Positions 11,686-22,900 of a stretch of 64,000 nt of DNA are shown piece after piece. The first letter of the stretch is position 1. Each line of letters starts with the position of its first letter. The position numbers and the translations under genes are program-made. The notes beneath the pieces are model-generated. The model made no database searches. It was not told the origin of the DNA and saw only the letters and a program-made list of their open reading frames with translations. The stretch is from contig NC_134031.1 in NCBI RefSeq assembly GCF_964204645.1, forward strand, positions 10,914,088 through 10,978,087, given 5' to 3'. Source of the DNA: Tubulanus polymorphus. Lineage: Eukaryota > Animalia > Nemertea.

Positions 11686-12063
11686 ATTATAGAATTCACT
11701 GTATACTAATGGATGAGTGGATGAATTGGATGAATTGGATGAATTGGATGAGTGGATGAATGGATGAGTGTAATAATATATATATTTTACTTTTTAACAC
11801 ATAAATTGGAAGAATAGTATGAGTATAAATATAATATTTATATTCTTTATTAAATTTAACACAATATATATATATTATTAAAATAATATTTAAATATAGT
11901 ATAAAATTGATAAAATAACTTCAAATCAAACTCTTACTGTTTAAAAAATAAAAAACATATGTAAATTATATATTATTACACTCTTCCACTCTTCCACTCT
12001 TCCAACTCATCCAACTCATCCAACTCATCCATTCATCCATCAATATACAGTGAATTCTATAAT
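11686..12063. repeat. Inverted-repeat cassette between the convergent gene blocks
   Basis: ATTATAGAATTCACTGTAT...ATACAGTGAATTCTATAAT; ~100-bp arms made of GGATGA(A/G)T(T) units. Confidence 0.85.
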
Positions 12064-12067
12064 CTTT

Positions 12068-13099
12068 TTAATTTTCATTTTCATATTTTTCTTTAAGCTT
12101 ATTGTATTCTAAATATATATCCCTTTGCATTTTCTTTGGTATAATTCCTAAATAATTCTCGAGTTTATATTTCCTGAATGTTTCTCTTGAAAATATTTTT
12201 GGAATATAATTTTCGATTTCAGTTTTAGATGGATGTTTATTTAAAAATTCTCTAAAATCATCATATTTAAGTTCAAATAAGTTCATTGCATAAGTAACAT
12301 TTGGTTTAAAGTTATCTAACTTTTTCAATATGGTAACTATATCATTACTCAATAAATAATCTATAAATGTTTTTCTATACCACCGATAATCTAATATATT
12401 CTTATTATTAAATTTTGGATTTATAACTGTTGGATTTTCTATTACATTATCTGTACCAATATGTTTAATTGAGTATTTATGATTCAATTGTTTATCATAT
12501 ATTACATATTCTTTACATTTTTCACACCAAGATTTAAATACTTGTATTGCATGGGCTGAATCATTTCCACCTTTTGTTTTTAATTTATAATGTTTTGCCC
12601 AATTAGCCTTTGTTATACATTCATTACAGAAGGCACAATAATTCTGATCCTCTTTGCATTTATCTTTATATATATTGGCATATGTTTTTACTAATTGTAA
12701 AATATGTTCATCTTTTTTGATGTGTAATAAATAATCATTATAATTATCAAAATCTTCTTCACAATACATACATCTAATGTTATCTTTTGGTTGAACATTT
12801 GATTTTTCTATTTTAGGTTCAATATTATATTCTATTTTTGTTTCAATCTTATCATCATTCGATGTAGAAGGTATAACATTATCTTCTATTTTATATTCAA
12901 TATCATTCTTATCTTCTATTTTAGGTTCAATATTATCTTCTATTTTTGTTTCAATATTCTTATCTATTTTACTTATTCTATATTTGAATTGATTAAAGTA
13001 ATCTCCAAAATACTTACTGTATTCATCATAAGGTAATATTTAATATATATCTGATATCATTTCACTTGGAGATTGTATTTCATATATTCCACCTTCCAT
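12068..13099 (-). pseudogene. Zinc-finger protein with IE(T/P)KIED repeats, frameshift at ~13040
   Basis: CxxC..H..H motifs. The frame of 12068-12769 stays open upstream to ~13040; TAAATG start at 13099. Confidence 0.6.
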
Positions 13100-13131
13100 T
13101 TAATATAAGATTTTTTATTAAAGTTAAAATT

Positions 13132-14379
13132 TTAATACATAACACTATCTAATTGTGAATTTACAATATTTAATTGCGCGTCAGATATAATATAAATGTG
13201 CATTTTAAAATTTTTGATTCCTTTTTTCTTTGTTATGAATAATTGTATTCCATCTTTTGTATTTTGTAGTTTTTTCCCAGAACCATGTAATGAATTATCT
13301 TCAGTTGTTCTAAAATCTAACCATAATGCATATTTATTACCGGTATAATAATCAATTTGATTAATGTTACAATTTTCAAATGATTTCACTTTTTCATTCA
13401 TAAAATGTTTTTTAATTTCTACCCATTGATCAATCATTCTCATTCCTTGACAGAATATTTTATTCGCTATTCCTTCGATAGTTATTTCTACTTTTGTTAT
13501 TTCGGGATTATAATAATTATCAACATTTATTGCACCATTAGTATACGTTCCAATGGTAAAAAATATTAATATACCTTTAATAGATCTTCTAGGAAAGTTA
13601 ATATTCTCATTAATTATTTCATCATTTGCATTAATAGTTACAGTTTTAAATTTATCAATATAATCATATAATAATGAAAACCCTTGATTATATTTAGTTT
13701 GAATTATACTTGAAATATTTTCATCAGTTACTGTATCATATTCTAAACATATATTCGATAATTTATAACTCATATCTTTAACAACACTAGATAATACAAT
13801 TTCATTTACAGGAGCAAGTGTTATCTCAAATATAATATCTTCTTGAATTGCGTATTTATATAAAGGTGCATTATTATTTATCAATTCAAAGTCTAATGGA
13901 ATTTTATATTTGCTTCCATATATACTTTTTATCAATTTATCTACATCATTTGTTAATATTGCGCTATTAGCTTCTGATCTTAATTTATTTTGGTTTTCTG
14001 ATTGAATTCCTTGAAATATCATATTATTTCTATTTTCTTTAGTTAACCATAAATCTTTATAATGCATAAATAAATTATAATCATCTAATGAGAAAACTGT
14101 TTCTGGACCAATCTTTATTGTTAACTTTTTAATCAAATATCTTCCAACATTATCAACAACATAATTATTATTATTACCGATTACTTTTATATCAGCTGAT
14201 AAATAAATACTATTTGGAACATAAAAAGTATTTTGTGTTAATCTAGGAATTCTAACATATAAAGTTTCATCGGGATTAATATTTGAAGGGTTATGAGTAA
14301 TTATATGATGTGATCTTTCTGCTTTAATAGCATTAGATATTCTATGATTCTTCGAAGGACTTATATAACTCCCACTCAT
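13132..14379 (-). CDS. Major capsid protein (double jelly-roll, hexon-like), intact
   Basis: 415 aa, beta-rich; size, context and sequence pattern match Polinton-like MCPs. Confidence 0.8.
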   Translation of the reverse strand: MSGSYISPSKNHRISNAIKAERSHHIITHNPSNINPDETLYVRIPRLTQNTFYVPNSIYLSADIKVIGNNNNYVVDNVGRYLIKKLTIKIGPETVFSLDDYNLFMHYKDLWLTKENRNNMIFQGIQSENQNKLRSEANSAILTNDVDKLIKSIYGSKYKIPLDFELINNNAPLYKYAIQEDIIFEITLAPVNEIVLSSVVKDMSYKLSNICLEYDTVTDENISSIIQTKYNQGFSLLYDYIDKFKTVTINANDEIINENINFPRRSIKGILIFFTIGTYTNGAINVDNYYNPEITKVEITIEGIANKIFCQGMRMIDQWVEIKKHFMNEKVKSFENCNINQIDYYTGNKYALWLDFRTTEDNSLHGSGKKLQNTKDGIQLFITKKKGIKNFKMHIYIISDAQLNIVNSQLDSVMY

Positions 14380-14423
14380 TTATTTAACAAAAAAATTAAT
14401 TATTTATTTTTTGATATCATGGT

Positions 14424-15899
14424 TTACTTGATATTTTTTGATATCATATTCACTAACCCAAAAATAATTGCACTTACAACTGTAATTAAAAATAAAATAA
14501 TATGTTCAGCAGCAAAGTTAAGAATATTACCTGCAGATTTCAATATAAAACCAACAATTGAAGCAATAACTCCTGGTAAAGCTGCAGCAGATTTTTTAGA
14601 TAGTTCCCATAAATATTTTGCTAATTTCTTTAAACCATCTTTAACTTTATCTTGTATAGAATTATTACCTGGAGGTTTATCTGGTTTATTGGGAGTAGGT
14701 GTAGATTTCAAAGCATTTGATATTGCTAAACCAATTGTTGTAAATAACATAGTTACAGCTGTTAGAATTGAAAGAATTGTTATTCCTTCTAATTTAAATA
14801 ATAACTTTATTCTGTCTTTTAATGATATTTCAGAATTTGGTTTAATCAACAAATCTTTAAAAATAACTTTTAATCTATTTATATTATAATCATATGATTT
14901 TAATAATAATTTAATTTCTTCTTTTTGTAATTCTATGTTATATTCTAAATCATCAATTTCTTTTTCTAAATATGCATTTCTTTTTTTAAATTCAATTTCT
15001 TCAATAACTTTATTATCTCTATCTAATTTTAATTGTTCTATTTCTTTATTTTTATCAGTTCTTTCTTTTTCTAAAGTTCTAATTTTAAAATCTCTTATAC
15101 TTTTATCATGCGCAATTTTATCAGATGCAAGTCTTATACTAATAATTTCTCTAATTGCTTTATCAGAAAATATATCTAAATCTTCTAATTCTTGATCTGT
15201 TGCATCAAGTAACCCATTCGGTAAAAGTTTTTCAATTGGAACTTTATTTGATTTAAGTTTACTAGTTTTGGAAGTTATATTCTGTTCAGAAGTTGTTTCT
15301 GTTTCTAAATTATTATCGATTGTTTCAAATAATTCATTAATTCTTTGTTTAAATACTCTTTCATTTTTAATAATTTCTTCTTGTGTTACATCTTCTGGTT
15401 CATTACTATTTCTTATTCTTTTAATTCTAGATAGGTCTAACTTAAGCAAAGTTGATTCTGCTAATATTTTTTCTTGTTTTTTATAAGAGATATCAATATA
15501 ATAATCATCTTTCAAACGATAATAATATTCACCATCTAAAAACTTTAATTCTTGTACTAAAAGTCTAGCGCCTCTGGTATTGATATTATATCCAGATTTT
15601 TCAAATATAGGTTTGAAATTATAAATATATTCATTATATTTTTAATTTTGTTTTACTAAATCTGGATTTTCATTTTCAGGATTTATTCTCGATCTAGTTC
15701 TTCTATCAAATTCATCTGTTGATTGACCTTTAGAACCACTATCTGCTAAATTAGAATTATATGCTGATTCATCATCATTATCAATATTAGTTTCATTAAA
15801 TTAGTTTCATTTATTAGGTTGTGGTTCATCATCAATATATCCTTCATTATTATTTCCCATTTCTCCCATTTCATAATCTTCTCCACCTTCTACATCCAT
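14424..15899 (-). pseudogene. Coiled-coil protein with C-terminal hydrophobic/amphipathic helices; frameshift from a short duplication at ~15790-15810
   Basis: Acidic N-terminus from TAAATG at 15899, coiled coil, GITILSILTAV.. and AAALPGVIASIVGFIL.. segments. Confidence 0.65.
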
Positions 15900-15915
15900 T
15901 TACATAATAAAAAAA

Positions 15916-17304
15916 TTAAAATTTAAAATATAATATTCCTCCGATTACAATTCCTATACAAGTTATAGCTAATTTAGTATTTTCATGGGATTTATTATCA
16001 TCATTTAGTTTAATTATATCATGTTGAATTTTATCAGTTTTTATATCTTCTGATGTATTGTAATCTTTTATTTTAGAATCATTAACCAATTTAATATTCT
16101 CAGTTTTAGTTTCAGTTGATTGAATGTGTTTTTTATTTTTTTCACCTTCCATTAATTTTGGAGCAGTAATAATCTTTTTATTTATATCATTCAATCCAAA
16201 TGAATTATTTATTGTTGCAGTTTTAATTAGATTATTATAACCAATTATGTTTCCCATCTTTAGTACTAAATCATTAGAAATAATTAATAGATTAGGGCCT
16301 ATACAATAATTAAGTCTTACATGAGATTTATCTAAATAATTTTGATATCTTATAATGTTTTCTGGAATCGATCTATTTTTATCATTATGTATGGAATCTT
16401 CAAATAAAACTTTAAATTGTTTTTGTGTATCGAATGATGTATTCAAATTTCCAATTATTGGTGATCTTGTTTCAACTTGTGATCCTAGAATACAAATCAA
16501 ATAAGTTCTAATAGATTGATTTATTCTTTCTATACCTGATTTAGTAAAACCTTCACTATTTTCTAAAATAAAATATACCCAACCATTATTGTTTTCTTGT
16601 TTTAAATTATCATAAAATTTTGGTAATTTATTGAAATTTAATGTTTCTAAATCCTTTGTTTCTATTTTACCATAACCTAATTTTTTATTATAGATACTAT
16701 AAAAACTATTAGATGGTATAGGAAGTGCACAATATTCTGCAATCTTTCTAGGGCAAGGAAGTGATCTTATTGTTCCAGTTTTTGTTCTAAAATCAGAATT
16801 ATTTATATCTATATTAAATTCATTACAAATTTTATAAAACTTTGATAAATTAATATTATTATCTAATTCTTTAAAATATCTAGATCCTGGTAAAGCGCAC
16901 TCTAATTCATTTAATATTATTCTGATTTGAAAGTATGTATGAAATCTAAATAAACTTTGAATTAATTTATATTTAGAATTATTCAAATGATCATTCCAAC
17001 TAATTCCACATCCTGTTGTTGCACAATAAACAGCAAAATTTAATTGATTCTGCCAATACTTCATATTAGATTTTAATAACCATTGTTTTTCATCTTTCAA
17101 TTTTTTAAAATTAATTAAATATACATGAAATATATTTTCCATTTTTGCATTAAAATTATTAGTTTCAGTAACATAAATATATAAATCAATTAATGAATCT
17201 AAAACTTCATTTCTATATGTAATATCTTTATTAAAATCTATTGCTGGAATATTATATTTAATTGATTTATTATATTGGAAAGCTTTTGGAAAACTATCTA
17301 CCAT
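15916..17304 (-). CDS. Polinton-associated protein with C-terminal TM anchor
   Basis: Intact 462 aa, WQNQLNFAVYCATTGCGIS motif, hydrophobic C-terminus. Confidence 0.7.
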   Translation of the reverse strand: MVDSFPKAFQYNKSIKYNIPAIDFNKDITYRNEVLDSLIDLYIYVTETNNFNAKMENIFHVYLINFKKLKDEKQWLLKSNMKYWQNQLNFAVYCATTGCGISWNDHLNNSKYKLIQSLFRFHTYFQIRIILNELECALPGSRYFKELDNNINLSKFYKICNEFNIDINNSDFRTKTGTIRSLPCPRKIAEYCALPIPSNSFYSIYNKKLGYGKIETKDLETLNFNKLPKFYDNLKQENNNGWVYFILENSEGFTKSGIERINQSIRTYLICILGSQVETRSPIIGNLNTSFDTQKQFKVLFEDSIHNDKNRSIPENIIRYQNYLDKSHVRLNYCIGPNLLIISNDLVLKMGNIIGYNNLIKTATINNSFGLNDINKKIITAPKLMEGEKNKKHIQSTETKTENIKLVNDSKIKDYNTSEDIKTDKIQHDIIKLNDDNKSHENTKLAITCIGIVIGGILYFKF

Positions 17305-17321
17305 TTATATAATTAAAAAAA

Positions 17322-17756
17322 TTAATAATTTATTAATTCTTTTAATAATTTATCTTGTTCTTCAACTGTTATATGACCATTTAAACTTATTATATAATCT
17401 AGTGTGTTCTTTAATTTATTAATTTCTTTTATATTAGATTTTATTTTTTCTTTATTACTTTTTATATTTAATTTTGAACTTATACCAGTTAAAACACTTG
17501 AACTTAATCCTAATACACCAATTGATATAGCTAAAGGTGTTAATGGACTGAATATTGCTAAAAATGTTATTACAGAACTAATTGTAACCGAACCACTAAT
17601 AATAAGATAATATATAATTTTACTTTTTAAATATTTTTTCTTTTTTATCTTTAAGTCACTTTCAAATTCTAATATTTGTTTTTCTAAATATGTTTTTAAT
17701 TTAGTTTTATTTATATCATGAGGAATAATATCAATATTATCAACTTTATCTTCCAT
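17322..17756 (-). CDS. Two-TM membrane protein
   Basis: 144 aa, two adjacent hydrophobic helices flanked by basic segments. Confidence 0.68.
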   Translation of the reverse strand: MEDKVDNIDIIPHDINKTKLKTYLEKQILEFESDLKIKKKKYLKSKIIYYLIISGSVTISSVITFLAIFSPLTPLAISIGVLGLSSSVLTGISSKLNIKSNKEKIKSNIKEINKLKNTLDYIISLNGHITVEEQDKLLKELINY

Positions 17757-17775
17757 TTATTTAGAATAAAAATTA

Positions 17776-18198
17776 CTAATTAGTAAACTTATAAGCAATA
17801 AATATAACAATAACTGTTCCACCTAAAATCCATATTATTTCATATTTTTGTTGTTCTTCACTTGGGGTATAATAATCAGATAATTTAGGTTTGTATAGAT
17901 GTAATTTTTCTTTCTTTGTTACCGCGTTATATAAACTCATTGCATCATCAACTGATTGAAAATCTCTGTGTGAAATCTTCTGATCATATAATTCTTTATT
18001 GATGTAATCCATATAGTTTTGTCTCTTTTCTCTATATTCTTCTGCAGCTTTATTGTATTTCTCTAACGCTAAGTTATGTCTTCTTTGTTCTCCTAATGAA
18101 CTATTTTTATCAATATGTTTAAATAAATAACCACCACCAGTAAATGCTAAAGCGTTAACAATTGCCGATCCTATAATAGTTATAATTGCAGAAGCCAT
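17776..18198 (-). CDS. Membrane protein (hydrophobic N- and C-termini)
   Basis: 140 aa, MASAIITIIGSAIVNALAFTGGGYLF, C-terminal TM segment. Confidence 0.68.
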   Translation of the reverse strand: MASAIITIIGSAIVNALAFTGGGYLFKHIDKNSSLGEQRRHNLALEKYNKAAEEYREKRQNYMDYINKELYDQKISHRDFQSVDDAMSLYNAVTKKEKLHLYKPKLSDYYTPSEEQQKYEIIWILGGTVIVIFIAYKFTN

Positions 18199-18223
18199 TT
18201 ATTTAGCAAAAAAAATTATGCAT

Positions 18224-18445
18224 TTATATGGGAGGAATATATTTTTGTTTTTCCAAATAATCAATTGTTAAATTAGATAAAGTAACTGCTAATGTTAACT
18301 TTAAAATATCATTTATATCAAATCTATCAACATTAACACTTCCCATTTTGAATACTTTTTTTAATACCATTGAATAACCAACAGTTCAAACTGATAGTAA
18401 TGCTCCATTATATAATCCAGTTATTATCCACTTATTATCACTCAT
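18224..18445 (-). pseudogene. Small hydrophobic protein with internal TGA (absent from the ORF track)
   Basis: MSDNKWIITGLYNGALLSV*TVGYSMVLKK..DYLEKQKYIPP; TAAATG start; fills the gap in the gene array. Confidence 0.55.
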
Positions 18446-18787
18446 TTATTTATCAAAAAAATTACTATCATCAAAATATTTAGTTAACTTATTTATGATT
18501 AATTCAACATTTATTTCATTACTAGTTTTATGATTATCATATATTTTGGTTAATATGTTTTTAATATCTTCAATAATTCCATCTTCATTTAATTCATAAT
18601 ATTCTAAAGGTGATTTAATTAAATCAAATACTTTTTCTATATTATACTTTTCTTTATCAATCATTGACGCATTGTTAAATGATTTACTTTTTATATCAGT
18701 AATTACGTCATTTAGTTTAATTCTCATTTCTTTACCATGTTTAAAATCAAACCCAAAACATATACTCGGTCCAACAGTAATATTCAT
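18446..18787 (-). CDS. Hypothetical protein
   Basis: 113 aa, TAAATG start, tightly packed in the array. Confidence 0.6.
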   Translation of the reverse strand: MNITVGPSICFGFDFKHGKEMRIKLNDVITDIKSKSFNNASMIDKEKYNIEKVFDLIKSPLEYYELNEDGIIEDIKNILTKIYDNHKTSNEINVELIINKLTKYFDDSNFFDK

Positions 18788-18804
18788 TTATATAGTGAAA
18801 AAAA

Positions 18805-19563
18805 TTACTCTTTACATCTTATAACTAATTCATAAATTACAGGGAAATTATTTAAATCAATTAAGTATCCATTATGATTTCTAATTTCTAATCTAAAATT
18901 ATTAAAACTAGGAATGCATGGTTTGAAATCACATTCTGTTAAATTATAATTTATTTGCGTTCCAAATTCTTTAACATTTTTTAATGGTAAAATATTTAAT
19001 ATACTAGAATTACATGTTGTATCTTTAGTTGCTTCAAATGTTTTTGTTGGGTCAATTAAATTGCAATAAATATAAAAATGTGTAAAAGGTATTATATTTG
19101 AAATACCTTCTACGTTTACTGTAACAACATCTGGTTCAATTCCTAGCAATTTAGCTATAGGTTTTTTTACCATAAATGCATGTTGACTTTCATCAAATAC
19201 CTTTATTTTAATTCTATTTGAGCTATCACTTTTTATAAATCTTATTGAAAATTTATCATCTTTTCTAATTTTCAACCGTGCTCTACGATTAATTTCTTGA
19301 GATAATGTTTCTAAATTATATAATCCTGGTCTTAGAAATAGATGAAACCATTTATTTATATTTCTAATATGAATTAAAAAAGTATTATGTTCAATAGTTT
19401 TATTCGATATATTGTAAAAAGAATTACATAAACTTATATTTACTAATTTTAAATCAACACAATTCTTAAATTCTCTATCTAATTGAACTAGTAAATTATG
19501 TGATTTATAATTTGTAAGTTTTCTAGAATCAACAAATATTCTGTATTCTTTTAATTCCACCAT
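18805..19563 (-). CDS. Minor capsid (penton-like) protein
   Basis: IFVDSR, NSFYNIS, PGLY, IYCNLI and LEIRNHNGYLIDLN patterns typical of Polinton/virophage single jelly-roll pentons. Confidence 0.72.
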   Translation of the reverse strand: MVELKEYRIFVDSRKLTNYKSHNLLVQLDREFKNCVDLKLVNISLCNSFYNISNKTIEHNTFLIHIRNINKWFHLFLRPGLYNLETLSQEINRRARLKIRKDDKFSIRFIKSDSSNRIKIKVFDESQHAFMVKKPIAKLLGIEPDVVTVNVEGISNIIPFTHFYIYCNLIDPTKTFEATKDTTCNSSILNILPLKNVKEFGTQINYNLTECDFKPCIPSFNNFRLEIRNHNGYLIDLNNFPVIYELVIRCKE

Positions 19564-19580
19564 TTATTTTACATATTTTC

Positions 19581-19922
19581 TTATTCGAAATCTATTTCAT
19601 GGTGCCCTTTTTCATTCTTACCTTTATATATGAAATAGAAATCACCAGAATATAATTCTTCTAGATCTTCACTTGATAATCTATGAAATCTATCTGGTAA
19701 ATAAGTTCTGAATTTATATTTATTTCCTTTTAATCCTTCATATTCTAAATGAATTACTAATTTATCTCCATATTTATTAGTAATTGTTTCAATGTTAGTT
19801 ATTAAATATTTCTTGTGAATTGTTAACTCAGTTAGTTTTTTAAATTTATAATCTACAGATTTGACGCTTGAAGTATCTTTAATTCTATCTAAGAATTCAC
19901 TGTGTACTTGTTTACTCTCCAT
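19581..19922 (-). CDS. Small protein next to pPolB, possibly an OB-fold ssDNA-binding protein
   Basis: 113 aa, beta-rich (YLITNIETITNKYGDKLVIHL..TYLPDRF). Function inferred only. Confidence 0.45.
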   Translation of the reverse strand: MESKQVHSEFLDRIKDTSSVKSVDYKFKKLTELTIHKKYLITNIETITNKYGDKLVIHLEYEGLKGNKYKFRTYLPDRFHRLSSEDLEELYSGDFYFIYKGKNEKGHHEIDFE

Positions 19923-19950
19923 TTATTATACAAATTTTTATTGAAATTGA

Positions 19951-22900
19951 TTAACACGCTAGAATCCTTTTCATAATCTCATTTTCTTTTGTTTCTTCTC
20001 TTTTGAATTTTATATATTCATCTAAATTGCAACCATAGGCGACTGTGTGGATTCCATCATCTAAAATATATCTTTTATCATCAAATGGATTCAAACTTAT
20101 CTTCTCTATCTCTTCAATATACATTTCATGATCTTCAGATCTTAAACATTTCATCTTATGTTTTCTAACTTCTTCTTTGAATATACAATTGATGTAATCT
20201 TTAAAATGAATATTCTTTTCAACAACGCTTTTGGTAATTCCTTTTAACTTTTTAGCTTCATGTTCTTTAGTTTTATATGAATACATTTTAGATCTAATAC
20301 CTATGAACTCTATCATTTCTTCACCACCTAATTCATCCTTAAACTTCCCAGGAACTTTTTTATTATCATTGGTAAACAATTCATGATTTTTTGGATAGTT
20401 ACTGAAATCAAAATGGTGTTTTAATGTTTTTAAATCATCAGTTATGTTATCAGTTTTTATCTTTAATATGTAACTGTCAGTATCAAAATATAATATTTCT
20501 ATATGTTTTTCTCCAAAAAGTGGTTGTAATATATTATAATAGAATTCATACATTAGTAATTTTGATAATTCTAAAACTGAAGCGCCAACATAGATTGGTT
20601 TATTAAATTTCATAGACGTTCTCCTCATTTTAACTGCAGCTAAATTTTCATCAAATATTCTGTTACCAATGAACTTAGGATATGATTGTAAATGTCTAAT
20701 TCTTTTACCATTACTAACTAACTCAATATCATTTCTATTTCTAATATTTTCACAAGTCTTACCATAGAATGCATTATTCATTAGTTTGAAGAAATCTTTC
20801 TCAAAATCAGTTTTAGCTTCAGTTCTCTGTTTGGTGTTAAAATCTATATATTTTTCTAACCACTTCGATTGACTAAATGAAATATATCTATGTACTTTTT
20901 TTAGAACCATTCCTTGTTTTAGATAAAACTTCAACATTCTATAATGAACAACGTAATTATATTTATCTTCTTGAGTTACCATTAACTTTTCTGTATGAAT
21001 ATGATTTTCGGGTTTAATTCTTTTTTGGTAATTTGATAATTCTTCATGTTTAACAGTTTTATGTTCGGGACAATATGCTAGATTTCTAGATTTGAATTTA
21101 ATACGTTCAGGATATTCCAAGTCTACAACGAAGAAGTAACCAATATCTGAATCATCTGCAATATCTAGAATTCTTTTCTTCCAATCAAATTTATCAATTT
21201 GTAAAACTTCAGTTATTTCAAACATCCCATAAGGTTGTGGTTCCATCATTGCCCAACCATAAAGATTATTTGCATCTATGTATAATAATTTATATCCAGG
21301 ATTATCATTTACATTGAAATATCTATCACCCAATACACCTGAAACACCTCCTCTTATAGATTTTTCAAATAATAATAATTGATCTATATTTGTTAACAAA
21401 TCCATTTTTATATCTGTAAATTTTAAACCACAATCCCATGTTAATCCTGGTGATGAATAACAATGACAAGGATCAATGTTAAAATATTTTAGGTTTACAT
21501 CTCTAAACCTTTCAAATATATCAGTTAATAATAATACATCTGATTTTAAATATAAATCTACTAATTGACCATGATTTTCTATTTTGAAATGATTCCAAAT
21601 ATTCAATGTTCTATTATATACTTCATCTTTAACATATTCATTTTTTAATTCATCATAAAATTGTTCTTTTAATAATTAAGTTATGTTAAAATCATTATGT
21701 GATTTATAAAATGAATATGGAATTGCTCCTTTATATCTCATTAATTGAAAATCATCATTATTTGGGTAATGTTGCTTTAATATCTTTAATTCATCATCAA
21801 CTAATGATTTTGATAAGTTATCTAATGAACTATTTAAAAATCTATATGAATCTATAAATCTTAGACAACCAAATTGGAATGATATATAATTCTCAGATGT
21901 TTTAGCTAACATTCTAAATTTATAAGTTGGTATTTTATCTTTTGATCTATTTGAATTTAATATTTCTATTTCATTATTGATTTCTTCTATTTTATAGCAT
22001 AACTGTTTGATGAATAAATGTGCATCATATCCTGATAGATTATGAAATATAACTGGTACAAAGTTAATTTTCTTAGCTTGTAAGTTACAATTCTCATGCG
22101 CTGCACCTCTAAACTTTCCATTCAAATGATCATGGTCTCTTACTTTTTTATCTCTATAATTAAATATCTATTCACAATAATAACATTTATCTGAAAACTC
22201 AAATTCTTCTTTATCTTCTTCTGTCATAATTATTTCTTTATTTGTATTCAATAATTTACTAAATCTTATTTCATATTCAACTAATAAGTCACAAAAATGA
22301 TTAATAACATTTTCATTTCTGTAATCATAATATTCACTCTTAATTAGTTCTGGATAATTAGATTTAATATATAACCCGAAAGCTGCAGCTGATTGATGAA
22401 TCTTTTTAATTGTATTTGTTATTGGTGGTTCTTCTGAATAATCACTTTCATTAGAATTTAATTTCTTTCTCTTATAATATATTTCTTTTCTATCTTGATC
22501 AGTTAGTTCTTTATTTAATGATTCAAAATCTCCATATATTACAAATGGTACTTTATTTTTGTAATCATATTTTTTGAATTCTAATATTTTATCCTTTTCA
22601 TTTGGTAAAACTAATTTACAATAATCATGATTTTCACATAATTGTTTATGATTTAATAATGTACTTTCAGTTCTGAATTTATGTAAACATTTTCTACATA
22701 GATATATTTTATTATCAAAATCATTTTCTGATTTAAAAAATAAATCAATTCTTTTAATCCACATATAATGATTCTCATAATATAGTATATCTATAACATC
22801 ATTTGAATCATAATCTTTTGATAGGTATAAAGGTTCTAATGTATAATGTTTTATGTTGTTACCTTTTGTATTTGGTAATTTGATTAAATCAAATACATTT

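Noticed and set aside
14344-15486. Plus-strand ORFs (181, 86, 72 aa)
   Set aside because: Antisense shadows of the minus-strand viral gene.
21676-22170. Programmed readthrough or an alternative genetic code in pPolB
   Set aside because: The stops differ (TAG, TAA), other genes end normally in TAA, and many genes also carry frameshifts; decay is the simpler explanation.
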